Of a stretch of DNA of 64,000 nt, positions 13,601-25,700 are shown in pieces. How positions within the stretch are numbered: the stretch's first letter is position 1; each line of letters opens with the position of its first letter. The translations under genes were made by a program, and so were the position numbers. The stretch comes from Tubiluchus corallicola (taxonomy: Eukaryota; Animalia; Priapulida): NCBI GenBank assembly GCA_030141605.1, contig JAQGDQ010000165.1, forward strand, positions 62,001 to 126,000, written 5' to 3'. Under the pieces are notes generated by a model, which was given only the letters and a program-made list of their open reading frames with translations, made no database searches and was not told the DNA's origin.

Positions 13601-14149
13601 GCCAAGCAAACAGACAGCAACAAAAAGTGTCTGTTTGCGAATCAATTGCACAAATTTACTTTACTTGCGAATCACACTATATAGATCATTCACTTTGCCT
13701 ATGCCGTGTGCATGCAGTTTGCCACAGTGCTGAGTACTGCACCACTGTGTAATGCATTGCTTTGCACCGCCATACCATGTGCCACGTCGTGGCACATAGT
13801 GTCCTGGTACGTGTCCTTTCTGTACGCGACCAAGGTACCACAGTACTCCGCACCGTTTTCTACACTATATTGTGAAGTAGTACTAGTTATGGCAGATGCA
13901 AAGGCGATGTCGGAGTGTAGTGTTTTAGTTAATGTAATTGCCTAATGTAATGCAATTTGCCATCTCATTTTCAAGGTCTATTTCTGAAAAATAAATTTTA
14001 TCTAGCTCAAGTTGCCTGTTTTAATTTTCAACTGATTTATAATAATGTGTTGATAAAAATTATTTGCAATTTTGAAACACAAGCATTGCAAACAACCACA
14101 ATCTTGATTTATTTACCAAAATCTATTGTACAGTTTCGCTTTCAGGCTT

Positions 14150-14577
14150 AACTAATAAGTTAAAAACTTAATTAACGACCGGTGAGCCCAGTTCCTGATG
14201 GTGTCATAACTGAACATAATTTTCAACAGCATAAACATTCCATGAGCGTGTTGCACGTGTTTGGGAAAGCAAAGATTGAAGTACAGTGCTACTATACAAT
14301 ATTCAGTGTGATATACAAAAACTTGGCAAATACAAATTTCAAGTTGTTCACACATGAGCTCTTACAGTGCACGTTTTTTGTTTTTTGAGTTCAGCTAACT
14401 GTAGCGAATGGCCAAATGCATGTCACAGTGGAAAACTGCGAAATTATGTTTCTGTGGTAATAATTCTTTCGCGTAAGTAATTTTTGAAAAAAACAGTAAG
14501 TTCACTTTCAATATTTTGTTTTGTTGTTTGTTGACTGTTTTGAGGTATAGTTTAGATTGGGTCTGGTTTTCCTGTAA
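14150..14577. mobile_element. Kolobok-like family C, internally deleted copy just upstream of the first SLC30A9 coding exon
   Basis: Shares aacataattttcaacag, aagattgaagtacagtgctact and the attgggtctggttttcct terminus with other copies. Confidence 0.7.
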
Positions 14578-14734
14578 GTGAATTTTTTGTGAAATAACAA
14601 CCACAATTTTTTCTGTTTTGCAGCTTTTCACACAGTGCACTTCACATGTTCACACTGCTCAAGACATTTCACACAGTGATGTGAGCCTGCGATGCTGTAC
14701 TTTAGCTTAAGTTCAGCTTTAAGTCATCAGAACA

Positions 14735-16605
14735 ATGCTGAAGTTATACAAGACTTTGTTAACAGTATCATCACGTGCAAGTCATGGTGCTTGTACGCAG
14801 AGCATAGTGCTACCTGCTGGGAAGTTGTACAGCCATAGAACTTGCTTGTATTGTTTGGGATTTCACCGAACTTTCTCTTCTGCTCTTGGTGATGATAAAA
14901 GTTCTGCAGATTTCAAGACTAAGGTGTATGATTTTTCACTACTTATATTATTAATATTTACAGTACAGTAATGTCCTCACGTAGCAATGCTAATGCTCCA
15001 GCAAAATGTGTCATTAAGCAAAACTTCGTTAAATGAAACCAAATTTTCCATAATGCAAAAGCATTGAGATATGCTCCAGAGTCAAAAGTCAATAATGCTT
15101 AGTTCATATGAATGTATTTTTTGAATATTCTTTAATTTTTAAATGAAAGAGCCAGATTCTAGGAACTGCCATGTTTATTGAGCGGCGATCGCTTTGGCTA
15201 CTCTAGCCATTATCAAACTATAAATCAAGCCAAAAAAGAATAAATAACACATTAATGATATGAAGGCACAAACTGAAACTACAATACAATAGATTAGAAT
15301 TAACCTAATAAAATAAACGAGGTTGTAACGGAAAAAATTGCAGAGAAATGTAAAAATTATTATTTACCTAACACGTGAGAACCAGAAAAGAACACAAAAC
15401 TGTAAACAAAAAAATCAACATAATGAAGAACCACAGCAGTAAGGATAGGATTATACTGTGGGCTATGTCATTTTGTTATGCTACTAGCAGCTCTTTTGAA
15501 CAGGAAAACATGGCAAGTAGTATGAAAAAAGTCAGTGTGTAAGTGGTATAAAATTTCAAGACGAATTTTTCAAGCTTTATGTAAGTGGAGGGTTTTTTCT
15601 TGTGATTTAAGTGAACTGTCAAATATTTAGCATCGTTAAAACGATCACTAAAGCGAGGGCATCGTTAAGCGAGGACTTACTGTTTTAATAAGTGTCTACT
15701 TTTTAAATACTCCAATTCTGATATTATACGTACTTGAAGCTTTTGTTGCTTGTTCAGGATGAAACAAATTTTGGCAGTTCTTCTGCACCATCTTATGATA
15801 AAAATTTGCTGACAAAAATATGATCTTATTAAAAGAATTTTGCTCAAGTCGTAACTTCTTGCCGTGATGCTTGACATATTGTGCAATACAGTAGGCGCTG
15901 CTTAATGCACTCACTTTGGGATGGAAGTCTTTTTGACCCAATTAAGCAACTGATTCAGTTAGCCGACTGGTGTAGCCTATTACTACTACAGAAGTATGAG
16001 TCATGATTCACTACATTAGTATGCATTGCAAAGACTTTAAATGATTTTAGAAACAAATTAATTTCAAAATTACTTAGTGTAATTATTTAAGAATACTGAT
16101 TTATATGTGATTAAATAAAAAAAGAAAATAAAAAAACGCACAAATCTGTTTATTACCACTAAAAATTACTAAAATTCGTGCAAGTCGGTTGCTTCATTTT
16201 TTCACGAATGAAAGCGTTATTCATTAATTGGTTTATGAAATTCTCATAATGATAAAAACATTGACAATCTGTTACTGTACATATTGATGCAAAACATCTA
16301 GTCACCTAGTGCTTGAGCTGCAGTTTGTGAGCTTGTTTCACATTACTAAGTGCCACTATTTGTTTCTTTTTTTATTTATATTTATGTTTTTGTACTTGAT
16401 TCTAGCACTAGACCTTCTGCTTTGTTATAGAATCAAACCAAAGATGCTACTGAAAATGAAGCAACTTCTCGAACGTTCGCTAAAACGGCAAACGATGTAC
16501 CACCTATTGAAACAATAGTCAAAGGTAGCTTCATGCATCGGTGCTTATGTGGTTTTTAAATTATAGAAATAGGGGGAGGGAGGAGAGAGAGAGAAAGGGA
16601 GAGAA

Positions 16606-16703
<98 letters not shown>

Positions 16704-19700
16704 CGGGGAGGGGGGAAGAAGTCTTTGCTCTTGTAGGCCGCATGTTTATTTGCTGAATTGTTGTTGCAACCACTTGACAACAGCTAGCAATAATTTAACT
16801 ACTTAATCATCACCCAGTTTAAGTCGAGTACATTCGAAACAACCTGCTGGTGGTGCCAGCACTTAAGCTCACAAAGAGAGTTTCACTTATTAATGTTAGT
16901 GAAGTGATAGTGAAAAAAACACTTGATCATAACGCTTTGTAAACTGAGGATTTAGTTTTATATTTACGTAGATTTCTGTGTGCACCATAACTAGGATTCC
17001 ACCCGGATTTGGTCCCTATAGTTTCTGGGTTTTTTCCATCACATTGTAGTCTAAATAGGGTGTGAGAATTTCTTTGTTAAAATTGTTGCATCTTGTCTAG
17101 TTGTTCCAAAGAGCTCTCATCAGCATGAACATCCTCATCAACGCATCGAGCGTCATCGTAAAAAAATTGACTACAGTAAAAAGTCATTAGCCAATAACTA
17201 CGTTACTCCATTGAGAGCCATGTATGAGTACCTGTTGAAACCAAGGTGAATGGATTCGTGACCGTGATCATTGTATTGCAGCAGACACAACCAACGATCA
17301 GAGAAAAGCTAAATTCTTGCATATGTGTACAGTAAGTCCTCTCTTAAAGGAAAACCAGACGATTGGTTAGACTCATTTTAATGTACTGTCCAAAATATAC
17401 ATTTTCTTGCTTATAAAAGCTAACACTTGTTTCTAATATCTGAATAATTACCTTAAACAGTTAACTAACAGTAACCGAACACGGCTACCACTTAACTTGT
17501 GTCACAAACTAACCACGTTTTGTGCAATGGTAGGCATTTTCCCTGCACGTCAACCACATTTGCGTAATCGAAGATTGCTATAGAACGTTGATGTGATGTC
17601 ACAAAAATGAATTATACATCACACTGACGTTATTGACGAATACTGCAGCTCATGATCATGCTTATCACAGTACCGCGCCTATTTGTTGGCCACGTGAATG
17701 TGACAAAAAGGTGCCATTGCCAGTCTTAATGGATTCACTGAGCTGTGCATAGCTTTGAAAGTTTGATAAAATTTAACTATCCAATATAATTATTATTTAA
17801 TCTAAGCTTTGATTTAAAAAAGCTGTTGCAGTTTTCAATATTTTAGAGCATACTTTATTTTGAAATAACATCTACACATTTGTCCGGTTTTCCTTTAACG
17901 TGTCGTTAAGTAAAACGTCGTTGAACGAGACGTCATTAAGCGAGGACTCACTGTATTTTAGGAGCTGCAGCTTCATTTTACAATGCGAATAGTATTGATA
18001 GAGTCATTGCCTTTATTCCTGTTCAAAGATTTAATAGAAAACAAACATGAGTTTTTTCTAAATGAAATTTCTCAGAGCTTTTGGATGGATGTGTCTGCTA
18101 TCTCATCCCAATTGTATAACAACACCACATGAATCAAGTGAAGCAGTATTTTGCTTGTGAGAACATTTTTGTTCTGTGCTGTGAGATTGCTTCATGTGGT
18201 CGAAGTGAGCATATTTCCTTTATGCTTTCTTCCATGAAGGTTTTTTTAGGCTTCGATCACTTTTGGTTTTGTTATGTGAGTTCGTACACGATGCTCGATG
18301 CGCTCGTTAAAGTGTGTTTGCTACCAAAGCCATAATTTAATATAATTCTTCTAATGCCGCGTTTGGACTAGTGAGTCTTCTGTCGCAAATTTTCTCTCTG
18401 GCAGCAAATTTGCAAGTGTGAACTGCTTGCGAGCGAGTCATTGTAAACTATCCGACAGTTGCGGCGAGTTGGTTTCCTGCTAGTTACTGTTTAGTGTGAA
18501 TGCCTCGACGAGTTACTTGGCGAGTTTCTTGCGGTAAATAAAGAATTGAGTGTCAGCTCACCCTAACTGTTGGAGAGTAACTCGCAGTAAGTTTTGCTGT
18601 CTAGTTTGAACTCGCTTGCGAGTTACTTAGCGAGCTAACTTGGCAAGAAAACTTGCTGCTCTGAATGTGCCGCAAGGTATATGTGTGCCCAAAGAAGTAT
18701 TTAGAAATTGCTTTAAGCCAAAAGTGTTCCAAGCTTGAAAAAACAGCGAAGGGATCATAAAAATGTATTTGTCCACTAAAATAAGCCATTGTTTTATTTT
18801 CATAGTAATACCCCGAATAAGCCGGATTGATTACAGGAAAACCTACACAGCAAACAATACCTTAACAGCGTATCGAGCAATGAACGAATATTTGCTGAAA
18901 GCCAGGTGAATGTACTTTTTGAGTCGCACAGTAAAAACGTAGAAAAATTTTATAAAGCTTTTAATTTCACAAGCATTACATACTTGGTATTTGTAATTAC
19001 ATTCATATCTCGATTTGCCAGACTACTAAGCGAATACAGTAGGCGCCATACATGTATTCGACTCACAGTAATGGTAGGATCAATCTCCTTATTGCCTCAA
19101 AAACGTCTAGTATGGGTTGCTCCTATGTAACAGTATATAAAAACAGTCGACACTTCACTCAAATAACTCATTTTCTGCGCATCCTTAAATAAGATACTCA
19201 CATATAAGCTACACACTACTACGCACTGCTTGGTTACACTGATGTAATGAAGTGACGGCCCACCAACTAGAAGTCAGCTCGCAAAACAGCGGTCTGTGTC
19301 CGCAGTATGCGGGACTTTTTAACGGTACAGATTTGGTTCGATTTTTCCGATATCCGTAAAAGAGGGGTCTGGCAAACCGAGATATGGGTGTGCTGTGTTA
19401 TAGTCGTTGCATATTCATATATGTTTTATGATACCATAAATTTAACTTTTTCTTGCTTATATATTAGTTTAATTTAACTTATTAATTTATTAGTTGTGGC
19501 ATAATTTGAGTAACATGTTATTTGTCATAATGCCAGTAAATGTTGACTGAAAGTTCTACCTCATACGTCTTGTTAACCTTTTCCTTGTGTTTCCAAAAGC
19601 GATCTTGAAGGACTGAGGAAAACACTTCGTCGAAGCCCTTATGATGATAAGCCCATGACTGTCCACCTCCGATCCGATGTCGAAGCCAAGTAAGTATTGT

Positions 19701-22700
19701 AAGAGTGAGTTAATAGACCAGAACCCAGCACTGACAGGAAAGACGGATCACAGTGGAATGATGACAAGCAGAAGCTGAACTTAATGTTTTGTTTGTAATT
19801 GTATTTATTAGCTAAGATATCATAATCTGGTACGCTGTTTTACACGAAAGAATTGATGAGATTTTGGGAGGTTGATTAAAATTTTTATTTAATGATTACT
19901 TAATTATTCTTAATTGCAAGATTATTGTTATTATTGAACGAACTTAGAGTTACAGAATTATTAAACCAAATCTTACTGAAAGAAAGTAATTTTCTAAAAT
20001 GTTTTTAAGCTTGCATCCTAAAATTTCTATTTCAAATTCAGTTCAGTTCTAGCTTTTTTATAATGTCTTTCTTTATGCGAAGTTTTCTCAAAAATCTCAT
20101 GATTACAGGTTCGTTCGATCGTGTGTATGTCTATTATTGATTAACTATAGCTTCTATTCATTCCTACTTACTCTGTAGTCGATGTCTTTACAAGTTGTAG
20201 ATAAATTTTGATGAAATTTGGCAGAAGGATGGGGGCTAAGGGTAATAGAAAAACTGGTTAGACTCTAATGATGATTGATTAAGAAACAGGTGAGAAAATC
20301 ATTTTTATTAGACAAGTTCAAGTTTCGTTGCAGGTGAAATTCCAGGATGTTGCAGTAATCAGTAGTATAAAAAAGGGCAATGGTGTGCCGTGCATCATAA
20401 ATGGAATGGTGTCTGAAAATATTTTTGCAAAACATTTGCGATGGGTTCAACCAAAGACAAGCAATCCAAATAAACCATGTATACTTAAATTAGTGACTAT
20501 GTGATTTATCGAATTACGTTAAACAAAGGAAGTTCTATCAGTCAGGAACTACCATCCTTAAAAATAGAAATAAAAAATACTGCTGGTCTGCAAAAACAAC
20601 AACGTTGTTTTTTGATGGGTATTTCATGGCTGAGTGGATAGGCGTTCACACTTTAAGTAAGCATTGTATAGGTGACGTGGTTTGATGCTTGCTTTGGATG
20701 GTATCATCCGTAAACCTTGGCTGTTTGCCTCTTAGGTGGAGGGTGTGTATGCAAAGAGGAGGTTGATTTGCTCTTCTTAGAGAAACTTCCTTAATGATGA
20801 GCAAGATTCCTGTCACGTCATATACATCTCGTTGAGTACTGGCTTTGACGGGATGGCTCTGACTTCAAATGCAGGATTTCGGCTTGCAGTGTGTCTAAAT
20901 GTATAAAAAGTGGCCCCAGTGACCAAAAGTTACGATAACTTCCTTTGTTTAACATAATTCAATAAATCAGTTAATCACTAATTTAAGAATATATGGTTTA
21001 TTTGGAGTGCTTGTCTTTGGTTGAATCTATTGCAGATGTTTTGCAAAAATAATTTTTCCATTTATGATGTACATTCTTGACAATTTTTTATACTGATTAC
21101 GACGACATCTGGAAGTTTACCTGCAACGAAGTCTGAACTTGTCTGATAACATCGATTTTCTCACTTATTTCTTAATCAATCATCATTGGAATGTAGCAAG
21201 TTCTTCCTTTACCCTTAGCCCCCATCCTTCCACCAAATTTCACCAAAATGTATCCACAACTTGTAAAGACATCAACTACAGAGTAAGTAGGAATGAATAG
21301 AAACTATAGTTAATCAATAACAGACACATACATGATCGAATGAACCTGTAATCAGGAGATTTTTGAGAAAACTTGACCTAAGGAAAGACATTACAAAAAA
21401 GTTGGAACTGAATTGAATTTGAAGCAGAGATTTCAGGATGCAGGATGCAGACATTTTAGAAAATTTGTTGGTGACGAATGTGCTTGGTCATTAACATTTA
21501 TTTCGTTAAGAAAATGTTTCTACTTTTTTGATATTTGACGATATTTGACGAATGACATGGACATTTTGTTGATCATAAACACTGAGCTGCCATACAAAGC
21601 AACTTTGGTTTGTTATTTAACGGTGGTTATGCCAGTTCTTACTGTAGAAACCAGTGATGCTAAATAATGGTAAAGTATGTATGATTTAATGTTATTTAGT
21701 GTTATTATTAATGTTATTAAGTCACGGAGTTGCTGCTTAAAATGTTTGCTTGTGATATGTAGGGCAATAGAAGTCTGGGGTAGTTTGGAGAACCTTCAAA
21801 AGGAACTGAAGAGTAGAAGAGATCCTCGCCATACGTCTGGTCAAGGTAAACAGTTGCTGAGTGGCTAAATTAAAGTCTATGAACTTCCTGTCATCTTTGT
21901 ATTTTGCATTTCACGTATTTTATGTGAAGTGTGTACCACAAATGGGCGACTTTATCGAGTTGCTGTGAATGCTGCAGAATGTTTAATCGTTTTAGGCTGA
22001 AAAATAGTTTGTTTCCCGTATTTTCTTGTAAAAAGTTTGAAGGTAGGAATGATTTTCTTTTACTGTATAAATTATCCTAAAAAATATAACCCAAGAAGTT
22101 GTTAATTTTTAATTTCCACTGATACGAGTACATATATTTTATAGCAAGGTAACACCAACAGTTGAGAAACGCACTGCTGTTGCTGTAATTTACTACAAAC
22201 AGTTGAGAAATGCACCACTATTGCTGTAACACACCACAAACAGTTGAAAAATGCGCCACTGTTGCTGTAACACACCACAAGCAGTTTAGAAATGCATCGC
22301 TGTTGCTCTAACTTATCACAAACAGTTGAAAAATGCACCAACATGGCTGTATTTAAACCACAAACATTTGAGGAATGCACTGCTGTTGCTGTGTGTAACT
22401 CACCACAAACAGTTAAGAATTTTGCTATTATGTGAAAAGTGAAAAATGTGGAATAAGGCATAACTGGCCAGTAATACTTTTCTATTAAGTAATAGTGTGT
22501 GTCAGCCCAGCAGGGTATTATGCAGGTAATGTTTGTGAGTAATAATTACTTTAACTTCTAGTGACCTTTGTGTTTCTTAGGGAAAAAATCTATTTAATCG
22601 ATTTTTCAACTTTCGTTGCAGAATACAGCATAATCAAAAGAGCCATAAGAGAGTATAGAAATCTACTGCGATCTTCCGGCCAAAATGAAACTCCATTCAT

Positions 22701-25700
22701 TTTTCAACCGTATGGACGCAAACCTGATGTAAGATTTTTTTACTGTCAATTCTTGATTTACGACATTATATATTTATGACAAAGTATATAAAAACTATTG
22801 GCAGTTGACTCAAATAACCCCGCATAATTCCACATACAAATGCTAATTAAACCACTTAAACGCGCTGCTGATTAAACCTGTTAAACACACTGATTAAACC
22901 ACTTAAACACACTGAAATACAAGTTAGACACGTGTCAATACACCCTGCTTGGTTACACTGACTAGCAGCTCAGCTCGCAAAACAACAGAGTGTGTCCGTA
23001 TTATGCGGGACTTTTTAACGGTCCAGATTTTGTGCGATTCTTCCGATATCCATAGAAGCGACGTCTGGCAAACCGAGATATTAATGTACTTTGTTAAAGA
23101 GAGAAAATAATCAACGATTAAGAAATATCTGGTGAATTCTGAGATTTCTTGGGTTTGTACATTTGACCATGTCTGGTTTCCATCTGTTGATTGTGCTGTA
23201 CTCAAACATAGCTGCATTGTTTAAAAATGTTGTTCGTGCGTATTGATACACATGGATTCAGTGGATTAGCAAGTGCTTGTGATGCCTGGGGGTAAACGTT
23301 TGGTACCTTAGCTACCCTTTTAATCTACCCTTTGAAGCATTTAAAAAGAGTCGCAGTGACCAACTTATAAATAGTCATTAGCTATATTGTATTGCATTTT
23401 CTTTTCAATTCTAATCAAGCTTTTACCATCATGATTTTATCTAATATTAATTATGGTATTTCTTTAGCTAATTACGTTGTAGAATCAGCGTGTGGCTGTA
23501 CTTGCCAAATGCGTTCATATTGAGTATATTTACATACATTGCAGAATCAACATAGCTGTGCTTTCCAAATGTGTTCATATTGAGTACATTTACATACATT
23601 ACAGAATCAACATAGCTGTGCTTGCCAAATGTGTTCATATTGAGTACATTTACATACATTGCAGAATCAACATAGCTGTGCTTGCCAAATGTGTTCATAT
23701 TGAGTACATTTACACACGTTGCAGAATCAGCATAGCTACATACATTGCAGAATCAACGTAATGGTGCTTACTAAATGTGTTCGTATTGAGCACATTTACA
23801 TACATTGCAGAATATACATAGCTGTGCTTACTAAATGTGTCCCTATTGAGTACATTTACATGCATTGCAGAATCAACATAGCTGTGCTTACCAAATGTTT
23901 TCATATTGAGTACTTTTAGATATGTTGTAGAAACAACATAGTTGTGCTCACTAAATGTGTATTACAGGAAAAGCAGACAATGATGAAGACAGGCACAGGG
24001 AGAGTTGTTCTTCTTGCAGTTGCTATGTAAGAATTTTTTGCAAACATTTTTTTCTCTTGTGAAATTTTCTTAGACAGTCAATGTATTTACTTGGCGTGTA
24101 ATATCCAGGTCTACTTTAGTCTGTGTATAAAATCTAACTCAAAAATGACTTACATAAAAGAATTATTACCACACAAACACAAGTTCACGTTTGCTCCACT
24201 AGTTCTTCGTGGTACATGCATTTTGCCATTCGTTAGTTAGACGGACACTAGCGCCTGCATTTTGGAAACGCATTGCACAAAAAAACAGGTGCTGTACCTC
24301 TCAGTTCAGATGTGTTAGTTTATGATGTACTGCACACGTTGGACAGCTTATGCACAGGTACTTTTTACCATACTTGAAAATGGGGTATTATATAAAAAGT
24401 CATCCTGTCTCCCTTTAAGCTTTAACAATTTCAAAGTAAACAACAATTTTTACTTAGTCCAGGTAGATGCTGTGCATTTGCATGTAAATTATTTATGTAC
24501 TTATAAATTTTAAATATCAAATTTTGCTCTTTGTTTGTTGTTTCAGCTTGAAATTAATTGTTTCAGAAACTCTGCAAATTTCTTGTTTAAAGCAGCAGCA
24601 TGGCTGTACACAGGTTCACATAGCATGTTTTCTGAAATGATACATTCTCTTGCCGACACCTGCAACCAGGTAAGATAATTGATTAGTTGAGGGCGTGAAA
24701 GATGGAACTGCTTGTAGTTGAAATGAGGCATTAGGAGTGTTTGTTTTGCAATGCCAAGGCCGAAAATGAGCTTGCCTGAGCCAGATTATTTTAGCAAAAA
24801 TGTAAAATGTCATGCCATGTGCAAATTTTTCACTTTTTGTACTGCAAAAATGGAAACTCTTCATGAAATTGTTAGAAGATTTGTTTTCAATATTCCTAAT
24901 GAGTTAATTATTATAAGGTATTTTAGTTTAGTACTGTTTATAAACTGTTTACTCCTTCACGATGGTGAACATTTGTGTAGTTTTGACAACCCCCTACAAA
25001 AATGCCCATAATGGCTTAATTGCATGAACTACTAGTACAAAACTATATACATTTTCTGAAAGAGAATTAAATTTTCTTTCTAGCTTATTTAGTTAAGCAA
25101 TTAACAGGATGATACGAAAAGTCTGTAAAACTTTCACAAAATTTTTGTTTCAAAGCCTTTTAGTTTCCAAATGATAGCCTGTATTTAAAACTGTTCAGCA
25201 CAAAAATTGTAGAGCGGTCTTTTCTGTACAATAATTTGCAGAAAGTATTCAAATCACTCTAAGCTTATCAATTTGACCGAGCTCAGTTCAAATGCCTAAA
25301 GGTGTTATGAAACTTGTACAGGAGTGTAACAGCTCCCTGCAGGTGGGTGTGCCCTTCGCTGGATGCAGCTACTTATAATGACGGTCCAGTGCACTGTTGA
25401 AGTAACAGCCAATTCAATTCAATTCAGTTTTATTTGCACAAATACACACAATGTATATTGGCAATGTACAATATAGTGTACATGTCAAATACTACATAAA
25501 CCGAAAAAAATAATTCATAATAGGCTTTATGCAAAGTTGTTTTTATATGCAAATTTTAGTATACTGATACAAAAATCACAGTTTAATATTGTATAATTCA
25601 GCAATGGAAAAAGAAATATGAACCCAGCATTCCCAGTAAGTAGCTGTGTACATAATTATAGTGCACAATTATTTACTTGCTGGTTTATTCAGGCACTGAA

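Noticed and set aside
19570-19600. U12-type intron before exon 4 (ttaac motif, AAG acceptor)
   Set aside because: Upstream donors are GTGAAT, not GTATCC; this is an ordinary U2 intron with an uncommon AAG acceptor.
22561-22621. Upstream acceptor at 22580 for SLC30A9 exon 6
   Set aside because: Wrong phase after exon 5, giving an early TAA; the acceptor at 22621 keeps the frame.
22102-23919. ORFs with repeated peptides (HFSTVC, MNTFGKHSYVDS, KCVHIEY)
   Set aside because: Translations of the 40-bp and 60-bp minisatellites, open in several frames and strands, lying inside SLC30A9 introns.
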